Source of the DNA: Methanotrichaceae archaeon
GTDB taxonomy: Archaea > Halobacteriota > Methanosarcinia > Methanotrichales > Methanotrichaceae
Direction: 5' to 3'
Length of the DNA stretch: 64,000 bases
NCBI GenBank assembly: GCA_963803145.1
Contig: CAWDLW010000017.1
Span: forward strand, 96,001-160,000
Under the pieces are notes generated by a model, which worked only from the letters and a program-made list of their open reading frames with translations, was not told the origin of the DNA and did no database searches. Below, in pieces: positions 10,982-20,635 of the stretch. Position 1 is the stretch's first letter. Each line of letters begins with the position of its first letter. The translations under genes and the position numbers were made by a program.

Positions 10982-12388
10982 TTGAATGGAATAAGACCAA
11001 ACGATAACGTAAGCAAGAACGTTGCTCTCTTCATCACCACTTTAGGCGCTTTCCTCACACCCTACATGAGCTCTGCCGTAAATCTGGCGCTCCCAGAAAT
11101 CGGCACAGAGTTCAAGATGAGCGCTGTCTCGCTGACATGGATCGCCACAGCATATCTTTTGGCTGCAGCGATATTTCTAGTACCATTCGGAAAGCTGGGG
11201 GATATCTACGGAAGAAAGCGGATTTATACATACGGAGTGGCCGTTTATACCCTAGCAGCGGTTTTGCTGGCCATCTCTAACACCGAGATTGAGCTCATAG
11301 CGTTCAGGCTCGTTGAGGGCCTTGGTGCAGCGATGCTTTTTGGAACAGGCGCAGCCATCCTGACGTCCGTATTTCCTCCTGGCGAGAGGGGCAGGGCACT
11401 CGGGATAAACATAGCTGCAACCTATTTCGGCTTATCGATGGGTCCCTTTTTGGGAGGCCTTCTAACTCAGCATTTCGGCTGGAGAAGCGTCTTTCTAATA
11501 AACGTACCATTAGGCGTACTGATAATAATATTGGTGCTCTGGACGCTGAAAGGCGAGTGGGCCGAGGCAAAAGGGGAAAAATTCGACATCTTGGGATCTG
11601 TAATCTACGGCATTGGGCTTACTTTGGCCATCTACGGGATCTCACTATTGCCTTCGAACTCTGGCGTGCTGTTTCTTCTCGCAGGCATAATAGTGCTCAT
11701 TGCATTTGCAGTGCTCGAGTGGAAGGCAGAAAGCCCTGTACTTGATATCCGTCTTTTTAGGAATAACAGAGTCTTTACGTTTTCAAGTCTGGCTGCCTTC
11801 CTAAACTACAGCTCAACCTATGCAATAGCATTTTTTTTAAGCCTTTATCTGCAGTATATCAAGGGCTTCAGCCCTCAGGACGCTGGGCTGATTCTTCTTG
11901 CCCAGCCGGCTGTTCAGGCTATTTTCTCTCCATTTGCAGGTCGCCTCTCAGATAGGATGGAACCCCGAATAGTTGCATCTGCCGGGATGACACTAACCGT
12001 TCTAGGTATATTCAGCCTGGTTTTTCTGGGCGAATCAACGAGCATTAGCGTAGTGATTGCCAGCCTCATGATATTAGGCTTGGGCTTCGCATTGTTCTCC
12101 TCTCCGAATACCAATGCTATCATGAGCGCAGTACCTCGAAGATTTTATGGCGTAGCCTCGGGAACAGTTGGTACTATGAGGCTGACTGGTCAGATGTTCA
12201 GCCAGGGAATAGCCCTGCTTGTCTCGGCTCTATATGTTGGCAATGCTCAGATCGTTCCCTCCAACTATCCCCTTTTCCTGATGGCGATGCATGCGGCTTT
12301 TATTATCCTCACAATGCTTTGTTCTGCAGGCATCCTATTCTCACTCGCACGCGGAAGGGCAAACTCTGCTCCGCAACCCAAAGGCTGA
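10982..12388 (+). CDS. MFS drug efflux transporter (DHA2/EmrB-like)
   Basis: GKLGDIYGRKR motif A, GPFLGG motif C, about 14 TM. Confidence 0.9.
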   Translation: MNGIRPNDNVSKNVALFITTLGAFLTPYMSSAVNLALPEIGTEFKMSAVSLTWIATAYLLAAAIFLVPFGKLGDIYGRKRIYTYGVAVYTLAAVLLAISNTEIELIAFRLVEGLGAAMLFGTGAAILTSVFPPGERGRALGINIAATYFGLSMGPFLGGLLTQHFGWRSVFLINVPLGVLIIILVLWTLKGEWAEAKGEKFDILGSVIYGIGLTLAIYGISLLPSNSGVLFLLAGIIVLIAFAVLEWKAESPVLDIRLFRNNRVFTFSSLAAFLNYSSTYAIAFFLSLYLQYIKGFSPQDAGLILLAQPAVQAIFSPFAGRLSDRMEPRIVASAGMTLTVLGIFSLVFLGESTSISVVIASLMILGLGFALFSSPNTNAIMSAVPRRFYGVASGTVGTMRLTGQMFSQGIALLVSALYVGNAQIVPSNYPLFLMAMHAAFIILTMLCSAGILFSLARGRANSAPQPKG

Positions 12389-12425
12389 AATTGTTATCGG
12401 ATGCTATAAGACTCAGGGATAATAA

Positions 12426-13088
12426 ATGAAGATACTTGGAATAAATGCAAGCCCGCGGGGCTCCCAAAGCCAGACGCTGAGGCTAGTCAAGGCTGTTCTT
12501 GATGGGGCTAAGTCCGCAGGTGCTGATGTTGAGCTGGTGGATGCATGCAAGCTTGATATAGCGTATTGTAATGCATGCGGGGTCTGCTATAAGACAGGCG
12601 AATGCACCAAGAAGGATGATTTTAAAGAGCTTTATGAGAAGATGCTCGCGAGCGATGGAATGGTCTGGGGCGCTCCCAACTACTTCAGAAGCGTTACATC
12701 ACAGATGAAGACAATAATAGATCGCATGTCTGATGCAATCCATTGTCAGCTATTTACTGGAAAGTATAGTTGCTCAGTAGCAACAGGCGGCAGCGATTAC
12801 GAGCAGGTCACAAGCTATCTCGATGCACTGCTTTTGAACTTTGGATCGTTTGTAACCGGCAGCATCGGAGCAGCGATGAACAAGGGACCAAAGGCGATGG
12901 AAGACGCTGAGAAGAGGGCATTTGAACTCGGAAAGACTCTTGCAGAGGATATAAAGACAAAGCGCGATTATATTAGCCAGAGAGAGATGCAGGAGGAGAA
13001 CAAAAAATATTTCCAGGGGCTTGTTAAGATGCATGGAAAGGATTGGGAACATGAGTATGAGCACTGGAATAGGTTGAATTGGAAGTGA
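12426..13088 (+). CDS. Iron-sulfur flavoprotein (flavodoxin-like, Isf family)
   Basis: INASPR, C-x2-C-x2-C-x5-C, KTIIDR. Confidence 0.85.
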   Translation: MKILGINASPRGSQSQTLRLVKAVLDGAKSAGADVELVDACKLDIAYCNACGVCYKTGECTKKDDFKELYEKMLASDGMVWGAPNYFRSVTSQMKTIIDRMSDAIHCQLFTGKYSCSVATGGSDYEQVTSYLDALLLNFGSFVTGSIGAAMNKGPKAMEDAEKRAFELGKTLAEDIKTKRDYISQREMQEENKKYFQGLVKMHGKDWEHEYEHWNRLNWK

Positions 13089-13422
13089 AATGGGACGGCC
13101 GGAATGCTTGGAAGGCTATGCCTTCCTACCCTATGCATTCTGGTTTGTTGTCCGTATTAATCACTATTACTGCTATGCATTTATCCTGAAAACCTTCCCA
13201 ATGCTTCATGCCTTTCTTATGTTCTCGCCAATGCAGCCCTCTTGTTTACCAATGATGTAGCTATGACCGACAAACATATTTATTGAAGGACGAGCGGTGA
13301 TGTTGCTAGATATCTGGCAGCTACAAAAATATTGCAACTTGAAGATGCTGCCCAGTGGCGGACCCACTTTGTTGCATAGAAGGCTCGATGCGTGGAAAAA
13401 TGGTTCATAAAGGGATTATAGC

Positions 13423-14892
13423 ATGGCATCACATTCATCAGAGGATAAGCGGCTGCAAAAGATAGTGAACTTTGAAATTGCGCTCGGCACATTCATCGGA
13501 ACCCTGGCCACCAATATTGTAAATATATCACTACCAGCCATGTCCAGATATTTCGGGGTAGATACCGGATTCGTTTCCTGGGTGGCTCTCAGCTACTTAC
13601 TGTTTCTATGCAGCACTATTGTTGTATTCGGCAGGCTTGCCGATATCAAAGGCTTTAAGAGGATCTTCCTCGCGGGCTTTGCGGTTTTTGCTGTTGCTTC
13701 CCTGCTTTGCGGGCTTTCAAGTGATATCTATATGCTGATTGCTTCAAGAGCGCTGCAGGCAATTGGAGCTGCCATGTTTATAGCCGTGGGACCTGCTATG
13801 ATCACGGCAATACTTCCCCAGGAAATTCGTGGGCGCAGTATGGGCTACTTGAGTATAGCAGCTGCGGCAGGAATCGCCCTGGGGCCGGGCATTGGCGGCT
13901 ATCTGACAACTTACCTGAGCTGGAGATCGATCTTCCTTGTCAATATTCCAGTGTGCATACTTGCCATAATTTTGGGTCAGCGAATAGTTCCGGACAGTCC
14001 TGGCTCGAGACCAGGAGACAGGATAGACATAAATGGCGCACTCCTGCTCATGGCCGCTTTGGTCTTTGCAACCTTAGCACTGAACAAGAGCCGCATTCTG
14101 GGCTTGAAGTCGCCCATGATCATCACATCCATTCTCCTGTTCCTGGTTTGCGGTTGCATATTCTATCTAAGGGAGCGGCGAATTTCAGAGCCTTTAGTGG
14201 ATCTGGATCTTCTTCGGATGAAGTGCTTTCTCTATGCGAATCTGGCATCAATGATGTCTATGCTGGTATTTGCAGGAGCGACGTTCATTCTTCCATTCTA
14301 TTTTCAGGTGTTGAGAGGTTATCCGGCCGATGTTGCCGGATTGATCATGATGGCGCCTCCGCTGGTCATGATGCTCATTGCATCACCTACCGGCAGCTTT
14401 GCTGATCGACACGGCACAAGGGGGATCTGCGCTGCAGCATCGATACTGGCAGCATTATCATTTGTCCTGCTGAGCACCATCGACCAATCAACTCCACTGC
14501 AATTTGTGATCATCTATATGGTGCTGATGGGAATGTCCATCACCATGTTCATTGCCCCGAACATGAGCTTAATCATGAGCAAATGTCCTGAACAGAGAAA
14601 AGGAATAGGCTCCAGCCTGACCATGGGAGTGAGATATCTGGGAACAATGATAGGCGTGGCCTCCTTCAGCGCGGTGTACTCTGCATATCTTCCGGAAGCT
14701 TCACAAGGGCCTTCTCATCTCGGCGCCGCAGCATCCGTTGACATGGTCCTCGCTTTCCATAGCGCCTTTTTCCTGGGAATCATCTTCAGCCTCTTGATGC
14801 TCATATTCTCTGTCATGGCCCAGTGGAGGAGCTGCTACATATGTCCGGCATCAGAGATCATTAACGATCAATTTCGCGCATCTGAGATATGA
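13423..14892 (+). CDS. MFS drug efflux transporter (DHA2-like)
   Basis: GRLADIKGFKR, GPGIGG, WRSIFLVNIP. Confidence 0.9.
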   Translation: MASHSSEDKRLQKIVNFEIALGTFIGTLATNIVNISLPAMSRYFGVDTGFVSWVALSYLLFLCSTIVVFGRLADIKGFKRIFLAGFAVFAVASLLCGLSSDIYMLIASRALQAIGAAMFIAVGPAMITAILPQEIRGRSMGYLSIAAAAGIALGPGIGGYLTTYLSWRSIFLVNIPVCILAIILGQRIVPDSPGSRPGDRIDINGALLLMAALVFATLALNKSRILGLKSPMIITSILLFLVCGCIFYLRERRISEPLVDLDLLRMKCFLYANLASMMSMLVFAGATFILPFYFQVLRGYPADVAGLIMMAPPLVMMLIASPTGSFADRHGTRGICAAASILAALSFVLLSTIDQSTPLQFVIIYMVLMGMSITMFIAPNMSLIMSKCPEQRKGIGSSLTMGVRYLGTMIGVASFSAVYSAYLPEASQGPSHLGAAASVDMVLAFHSAFFLGIIFSLLMLIFSVMAQWRSCYICPASEIINDQFRASEI

Positions 14893-15070
14893 GGAATGTG
14901 AAGGGAACCCTCAGTTATGATGTGATGAAGTTTTATTCCTTATTCCTAGAGAAGACTATGATAGAATTGTTCTGAATGGATCTATTATAGTCTAAAAGTA
15001 GTATATCACATATTCCATATTCGACACAAAAATGATAATCTTTAAGTAGTTCTGTTAAGATTGAGTAGCA

Positions 15071-16432
15071 ATGTCTACCAGAGCCCAATTAGTGATATCG
15101 ATGGCTATTTTAGCGGTTTTTCTCGCTATCTCCACAGCCTATGCGGAGAATGCCGTCGATTCGGTGAATGGTGCGGCACGGTTAGCAAACCCGGCCATTG
15201 TGAAGGATGAGATCATAATCCCCATGGAGAACGGGACAATGATGGAGTGGCGGCATATTGTCCTCAAGGGAAACAACACTCAGATAGGCATGGCCCTTGG
15301 AGAGATCGCCCAGAAGGATTACGGAGCAACATCTCTAAAGAAATATGCCGATCCCATATATGGTAAAGCTCGCCAGGAGTATATGGCCAGGAACTATCCC
15401 ATCATGAGGGATAGGATGAAGGGTATTGCCATGTCATATGGCTTATCTCAGGACAATGCCACCTTCGATACCACCACATTACTTTACGATACCGGATCTT
15501 TAGGCTGCTCCATGGTATACTTCCCTCCGGAGACGATACTGAATGGCCATGCCATAGCCTCAAGAAATATGGAATGGTACTTGGTTCCCATGGATGTCTT
15601 CCTCGACAAGGCTGAGAAGGGGACAGGCAATGGTATGTTTACCAGGAACTTCTTAATAGAGATCTATCCCGACCATGGATATTCAACTATGGCTATTGCG
15701 GGCATGGAACTCAACTCGGTGATAGATGGGTTGAACTCCGAAGGTTTGGGTATATCCGCATTAGAAGACGAAGGGATGGAACCTGTCTTAGAGATGCCCA
15801 TGGCAGGGGATAGAAACAGCGGTATTATGAGCAGCCAGATAACCCGGCTTGTCCTTGAGACTTGTAGGACGGTGGAGGAGGCAAAGGTAGCTTTTCTGGC
15901 CAACAAGGAGTTCCTACCCATTTGTGGAATCCATTACATGGTCTACGATAGTCAGGGGAATTCGGCGATAGTAGAATGGAATAAATCTGATGGAAACCTG
16001 TACTTCACTGACGGCAACGGCAATAAGCCGAATATTATGACCAATCACCCAATGTACATATACTCCAAGTATGGTTTGGAGGACCTATCCGAAGAGAAGA
16101 ACCTGATCATGTATGATGATCCATACGATACCTTCAACCGCTACATAACACTGTATAACATCATCAGCAGCCACGAGGGCAAGTTTTCCGATGAGGATGC
16201 AGCCAATATCCTTAGTTCAGTCGAAGGCAACACAGTTATTCAGGCCGAAGGTGCCATGAAACCTCTTCCAATCAATACGATCTGGAATACCATCCTGGAT
16301 TTGACTGATAGAAGCATGAAAGTGAAATTCTTCCTTAAGAAAGGTCCTGTGGACAGAGCAACCAACAAGAGCACGTTGATCTTCACGCCGTACTTGACCT
16401 TCAAGATGAACAACTCAAGCATGCAACAGTGA
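15071..16432 (+). CDS. Secreted peptidase C45-family Ntn-hydrolase
   Basis: Signal peptide; G|CS autoprocessing site, RNMEW, DGLNSEGL, MTNH. Confidence 0.75.
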   Translation: MSTRAQLVISMAILAVFLAISTAYAENAVDSVNGAARLANPAIVKDEIIIPMENGTMMEWRHIVLKGNNTQIGMALGEIAQKDYGATSLKKYADPIYGKARQEYMARNYPIMRDRMKGIAMSYGLSQDNATFDTTTLLYDTGSLGCSMVYFPPETILNGHAIASRNMEWYLVPMDVFLDKAEKGTGNGMFTRNFLIEIYPDHGYSTMAIAGMELNSVIDGLNSEGLGISALEDEGMEPVLEMPMAGDRNSGIMSSQITRLVLETCRTVEEAKVAFLANKEFLPICGIHYMVYDSQGNSAIVEWNKSDGNLYFTDGNGNKPNIMTNHPMYIYSKYGLEDLSEEKNLIMYDDPYDTFNRYITLYNIISSHEGKFSDEDAANILSSVEGNTVIQAEGAMKPLPINTIWNTILDLTDRSMKVKFFLKKGPVDRATNKSTLIFTPYLTFKMNNSSMQQ

Positions 16433-16667
16433 GGAGCCTATCCGGCTCTTCCCTCTTTGACCGGCTTGCAGCGCTCTGAGGTACGACAGCTCCCATTATA
16501 AAAAGGAAGAACGGAATGGGAAGGTCTGTGAAGGTGCAACCGAGCCATCCGGTATGGGCTAATTGAGCAAAGACATGGCTCTCGTCACCTTGGTTGTTTG
16601 CCAGCAGCATCAAGATGATGGCCAGGCCGCGGAATGCATCCAGAGACAGTACCCGGTCAGCCTTCAT
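16401..16667 (-). pseudogene. N-terminal fragment of HGSNAT-like (heparan-alpha-glucosaminide N-acetyltransferase family) membrane acyltransferase
   Basis: RVLSLDAFRG, L-x-H-x-x-W-x-G-CTFTDL-x-x-P-FFLFIMG; ends after about 65 homologous residues. Confidence 0.7.
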
Positions 16668-16788
16668 AGATTGCCTCTGGAGATATTGTATTTGATCAAT
16701 TATATTCTCCTAGATCTAAACTTGTGGATAAAGATCCCAAAATATCAGAATTAGACTTAAATAGATCTGAAGGAACTCTTCCACTCCC

Positions 16789-18012
16789 CTAATTGAGATG
16801 ATTCTGGAAGAGGGGATCCAGGTCCACCTCCGTCCAGTTCTGCACTCCTGGAATTCTGACCCAGATCTTCAGATCCTTCGGCACAGCCACCACCTGGTAG
16901 CTTGTGGGAAGCTCTTCCGTCTGGAGAGGTCCACCCTTGGATAGTGGACGGCTCATGATATCCATTACAACATTTGGCGTCAGGTTACCCTTGTGCATCT
17001 CAGCCAGGTATAGGAGACTCCTTCGCCGTACCTCGGTATGAATGGGATCGTTTATGCCGGGTACAGGCATCTCGAAGCCCCATTCGGGATTCTGGAAGTG
17101 ATTGGTTGAGACAAGAAGGCCGTCTTCATCAAGAGATCTCCTCTTCAGGTCAAAGGGAGTCCATTCGTAGGATCTGGCCGCACTTTTATCTGCCACATTC
17201 ACAATGCATCCATCCGATGGCCTGGTTGAGCGAATCCGCCCTTCGATCTCCTCCAGGTTGGCGGAGTCCTCAAGGAATGTGAGAAGGAGAACAGGAGTGG
17301 TCACAGTATTTATTGTGTAGATGCTTTCAGAAGTATCGCCGTTGGTCTCCAGGAAGATACCCCTCTGGTTCATGCCGGTATTCAAATAGATCGATCCTGC
17401 ATAATGGATGCTTGCTACAGGGATGCTCCCATCATCGGGATTCAATACCGTTACTACTATGTACTGGCGCATCTTATCGCTCCAGTCGTAGTTCCTCCCA
17501 AAGACCAGCGGCCCATAGGATGTGTAATTGCCCCAGGCCGCCAGTGCTGAACAGCCCTGAGCATGGATAAGGTAGATCTGCAGACAATTTATGATGAGGA
17601 GATCATCAAGTCCAAGACCTGAAGTCTCTGCCATTCCAAGAATTAATTCCTTATACCTCTGAGGATAAAGCTGGAAGGATCTGTTGCCATAAGCGAGGAG
17701 TCGGTCGCGGCTGATTGCCTCAGATTTTCCAAAGTCATGGCTCATGTTATCGTAGATCCTGAACAGATCATCTCTGAGAAGGTAGCCGTATTGCCTGCCC
17801 ATCTCTCTGTAGCTTCCGTGAAGCTCCAGCACCTTAAGGGAGCCAATCTGATGAAGAAGGCCGCCTTCAAAGGTTGTCACTGGGTGCGAAGAGATTGAGC
17901 TGTTTTCCTGATTTTCGGCCAGAGCTGGTGAGCAAAGCAGCAGAAGGGCAATGACCACTGCCGTCATCAGGCATGAAGATAGACATGTAAATATGGATCT
18001 CCTTAAGGTCAT
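16789..18012 (-). CDS. Secreted peptidase C45-family Ntn-hydrolase
   Basis: Signal peptide; GSYREMGRQYG, G|CSALAAWG, GRNYDW, TGMNQRG, STNHF. Confidence 0.8.
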   Translation of the reverse strand: MTLRRSIFTCLSSCLMTAVVIALLLLCSPALAENQENSSISSHPVTTFEGGLLHQIGSLKVLELHGSYREMGRQYGYLLRDDLFRIYDNMSHDFGKSEAISRDRLLAYGNRSFQLYPQRYKELILGMAETSGLGLDDLLIINCLQIYLIHAQGCSALAAWGNYTSYGPLVFGRNYDWSDKMRQYIVVTVLNPDDGSIPVASIHYAGSIYLNTGMNQRGIFLETNGDTSESIYTINTVTTPVLLLTFLEDSANLEEIEGRIRSTRPSDGCIVNVADKSAARSYEWTPFDLKRRSLDEDGLLVSTNHFQNPEWGFEMPVPGINDPIHTEVRRRSLLYLAEMHKGNLTPNVVMDIMSRPLSKGGPLQTEELPTSYQVVAVPKDLKIWVRIPGVQNWTEVDLDPLFQNHLN

Positions 18013-18130
18013 CTTATTCTATCATCCTAATATTCCTTATATCCTGAAAACCAATTGAATCGAACAAAATGGATCAGCAGGCCCGGTTGGGCTGCCGATC
18101 TCTCACTCAATTTTATCCATTTAACGGCAC

Positions 18131-19150
18131 CTAGGAAGACTGCTGAGTACTACCAGCCATGTCATTTCCCGAATCGTCTGGGGTTGGATTGGGTATTGGC
18201 CCCGGCATGGGTCCTGGGGTCGGGTTAGGTACAGGTCCCGGCATGGGCCCCGGCACTCCTCGGCAGAGGCATTGGCCGTTTACATAATTACAGTTGGGGT
18301 TCGACTCGCATGCAGCTGCGGGATTAGGTACAGGTCCTGGTGGACATTGACATTGTCCATCTGCCCAAAAGCATCCTGGCTTCTTTTCGCATTCGGCTAC
18401 TGGATTGGGGGCAGTGCAAACGCATTCGCCCTTAGTGTCATCCCAGAAGCAGTTGGATTTTTTCTGACATTCCGCCTTTGGATCAGGGTTAGGCGGCGTT
18501 GGTTTAGATGTTGCTGAATATACATCTATAGTAACTGTGTTGCTGTTACCGCTGTTTGTAGTAAATACGTTGTAATGTCTTCCCTGCATATCGGCATAGT
18601 ACCACATTAGGTAGTAGCCAGGATTGAAAACTCCCAGATTATACTTAATAACAAATCGACCCGAGTAGACCTCATACATTGTCACGGGTGTCTTGACAGG
18701 CACGTATAAAAGCTCTCGAGCCCAGCTTCCCAAAGGCATAGTGGCATACCAGGTCCAGCCAGTGGCTCTTTCAATCCACATGCCTGCCGTATTGCTGGGG
18801 AATGTGGAAAGGAATCCATTCCACTGAATGGTGTTGCCCCTGTAGAAGATGGACGTCGGCGGGCTGGCCATGATATTGAATGCCGTCAATGTTCTTTGGC
18901 TTGATGCAGGTGGAGCTAAACTCGTGTAGCTGGCCGCATTCACCGGCTCGGTGGTCGCCATTTGCGGCGCGTCATCCGCAACAGGAGCATTTGTTATATC
19001 CTCTTGCAAACCCAAAGCAGCAAGATTATTTATACTCAAGTTATCGGCGCTATTAGCGCCAGTAGTTCCTGATTGGTCCAATCCCCCAAGAACAGGGATG
19101 GACAGGAGGAATATGCTCAATGCTATCCAAAATATGTATTTATTTTTCAT
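18131..19150 (-). CDS. Secreted protein: aromatic-rich beta domain plus three Cys4 repeats and PGPVPNPTP tail
   Basis: Signal peptide; repeats ECQKKSNCFWDDTKGECVC, ECEKKPGCFWADGQCQC, ACESNPNCNYVNGQCLC. Confidence 0.8.
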   Translation of the reverse strand: MKNKYIFWIALSIFLLSIPVLGGLDQSGTTGANSADNLSINNLAALGLQEDITNAPVADDAPQMATTEPVNAASYTSLAPPASSQRTLTAFNIMASPPTSIFYRGNTIQWNGFLSTFPSNTAGMWIERATGWTWYATMPLGSWARELLYVPVKTPVTMYEVYSGRFVIKYNLGVFNPGYYLMWYYADMQGRHYNVFTTNSGNSNTVTIDVYSATSKPTPPNPDPKAECQKKSNCFWDDTKGECVCTAPNPVAECEKKPGCFWADGQCQCPPGPVPNPAAACESNPNCNYVNGQCLCRGVPGPMPGPVPNPTPGPMPGPIPNPTPDDSGNDMAGSTQQSS

Positions 19151-19252
19151 TAGGTTCCCCTCGCTACGCAGAGTGGTCTCTTGAAATATTTATTCTTTTC
19201 CATTTGGAGTAAAAAAATTAAACATTCTAATTTTGAGATAGGTTCATTATTA

Positions 19253-20335
19253 TAGTTAATCCACGTAATTTTTACCTCATAGATACCCTTAAATAATTAA
19301 TATACGATATAGCCGTTCATGGGCAGGAAACCTGTAATTGTAAGACATATCTCGAAGGTAGAATTAGATCAATTGTATAAAGATGAGAGAAACATAAGAA
19401 TTAAAGAACGGCTACTAGCGATAATACATTTATACGAAGGAAAGAATGTATATATAGTAGCTGATATTCTTAAACGAAGTGAAAAGACAATAAAGAATTG
19501 GCTAAGCGATTGGAACAAACAAGGATATGATGGATTGATACCACAGAATAGAAACGGCAAAGAACCAATGATATCTTTTGATGAATGGGATAAAATTATC
19601 GAAGAGATTGAGGACAAAGGAATGACTATAAAAGAGGTAATAAAATATGCAAAAGACACAAGAGGCGTAGAATATTCGTATAAAGGTGGTTGGAAGATTT
19701 TAAGATCAATAAAGAAAGTCAAATATGGTAAACCATATATTAGAAATAATAAGAGGCCTGTTAATGCAGAAAGTTTTCTAAAAAAAGGATAGATTCAGTA
19801 ATAACAACAGTCAAAGAACCTATTATTGGATTCCTTGATGAAAGCTCTTTGCAACAGCGACCTAATACACGCAGGGTTTTAAACACCCATATGCTAAATT
19901 ATCAACCTGGAAAAGTTAGGTCTAGAACTGTTTTTGGGTTCATTGCATTGAATGGAAATGATGAAGTTATGGTCTCTCACTCATCCAAGAAAGAAGATTT
20001 AATGATCTTCGCCCAAAAATTGAGAAGTAACAATATTATGAGACCAATATGTATTGTCCTAGATAATGCTAGAATACATCTAGCTAAGAAGTTTAGGGCA
20101 TTAGCCCACGAACTTGATATCCATTTAATATATAACGTGCCATATTCCCCTGATTTAAATCCTATAGAGTTCGGTTGGAAGGATTTTAAAAGAGAGATAT
20201 CAAAATATACTGATTTTGATGAAGCTATTGAGGATGCCCAAGATTGCGCTTTACAAATATTTTATTCCAATAAAGATGGATACTCTAAGTCTTGGATAAA
20301 GCAGTTTATAAGGTAAAAAGTTGGGAGAATGACTA
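19253..20335 (+). mobile_element. IS630-family insertion sequence, apparently intact
   Basis: Imperfect ~25 bp TIRs (TAGTTAATCCACGTAATTTTTACCT / AGGTAAAAAGTTGGGAGAATGACTA), TA duplication at 19251-52 and 20336-37, AT-rich relative to flanks. Confidence 0.9.
19319..20316 (+). CDS. IS630 transposase split into HTH ORF (19319-19792) and DDE ORF by a -1 frameshift
   Basis: A7G at 19780-19787; -1 frame gives GFLDES, then VLDNARIH and PYSPDLNPIE. Confidence 0.87.
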
Positions 20336-20382
20336 TAATAACGGGCGTAACTATAATTAGATCGAATATGCTCTCAGCACTG

Positions 20383-20426
20383 ATGAAGAGCACCAGCAGC
20401 AATCCAATAGATACTTTTGATGTCAT
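20383..20426 (-). pseudogene. Orphan signal-peptide stub of the Cys-rich paralog family
   Basis: MTSKVSIGLLLVLFI; DNA atgaagagcaccagcagcaatccaatag nearly identical to leader of 26457-27026. Confidence 0.6.
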
Positions 20427-20635
20427 AATTTGTATAGTCCCGGAACAGAGCCCATCATTTTTTTAGTAACGAACGTTTCATCAGGTGGTAATGCTTCATA
20501 GAACGAACACGCAGTATTGCGCATGAGGTAGTCCTAGACATCTTACCCCTCTTCCGATTTTACCAAATTTATATTGTAAAAATTACATCAGGCCGGGGAT
20601 GGCAGATATCAGTGCTCATCCTCATGGCCCGATTT

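Noticed and set aside
9119-14892. ABC-2 plus MFS exporters as dedicated export/immunity for the Cys-rich proteins
   Set aside because: The Cys-rich proteins have Sec-type signal peptides and these transporters are generic; no link is visible.
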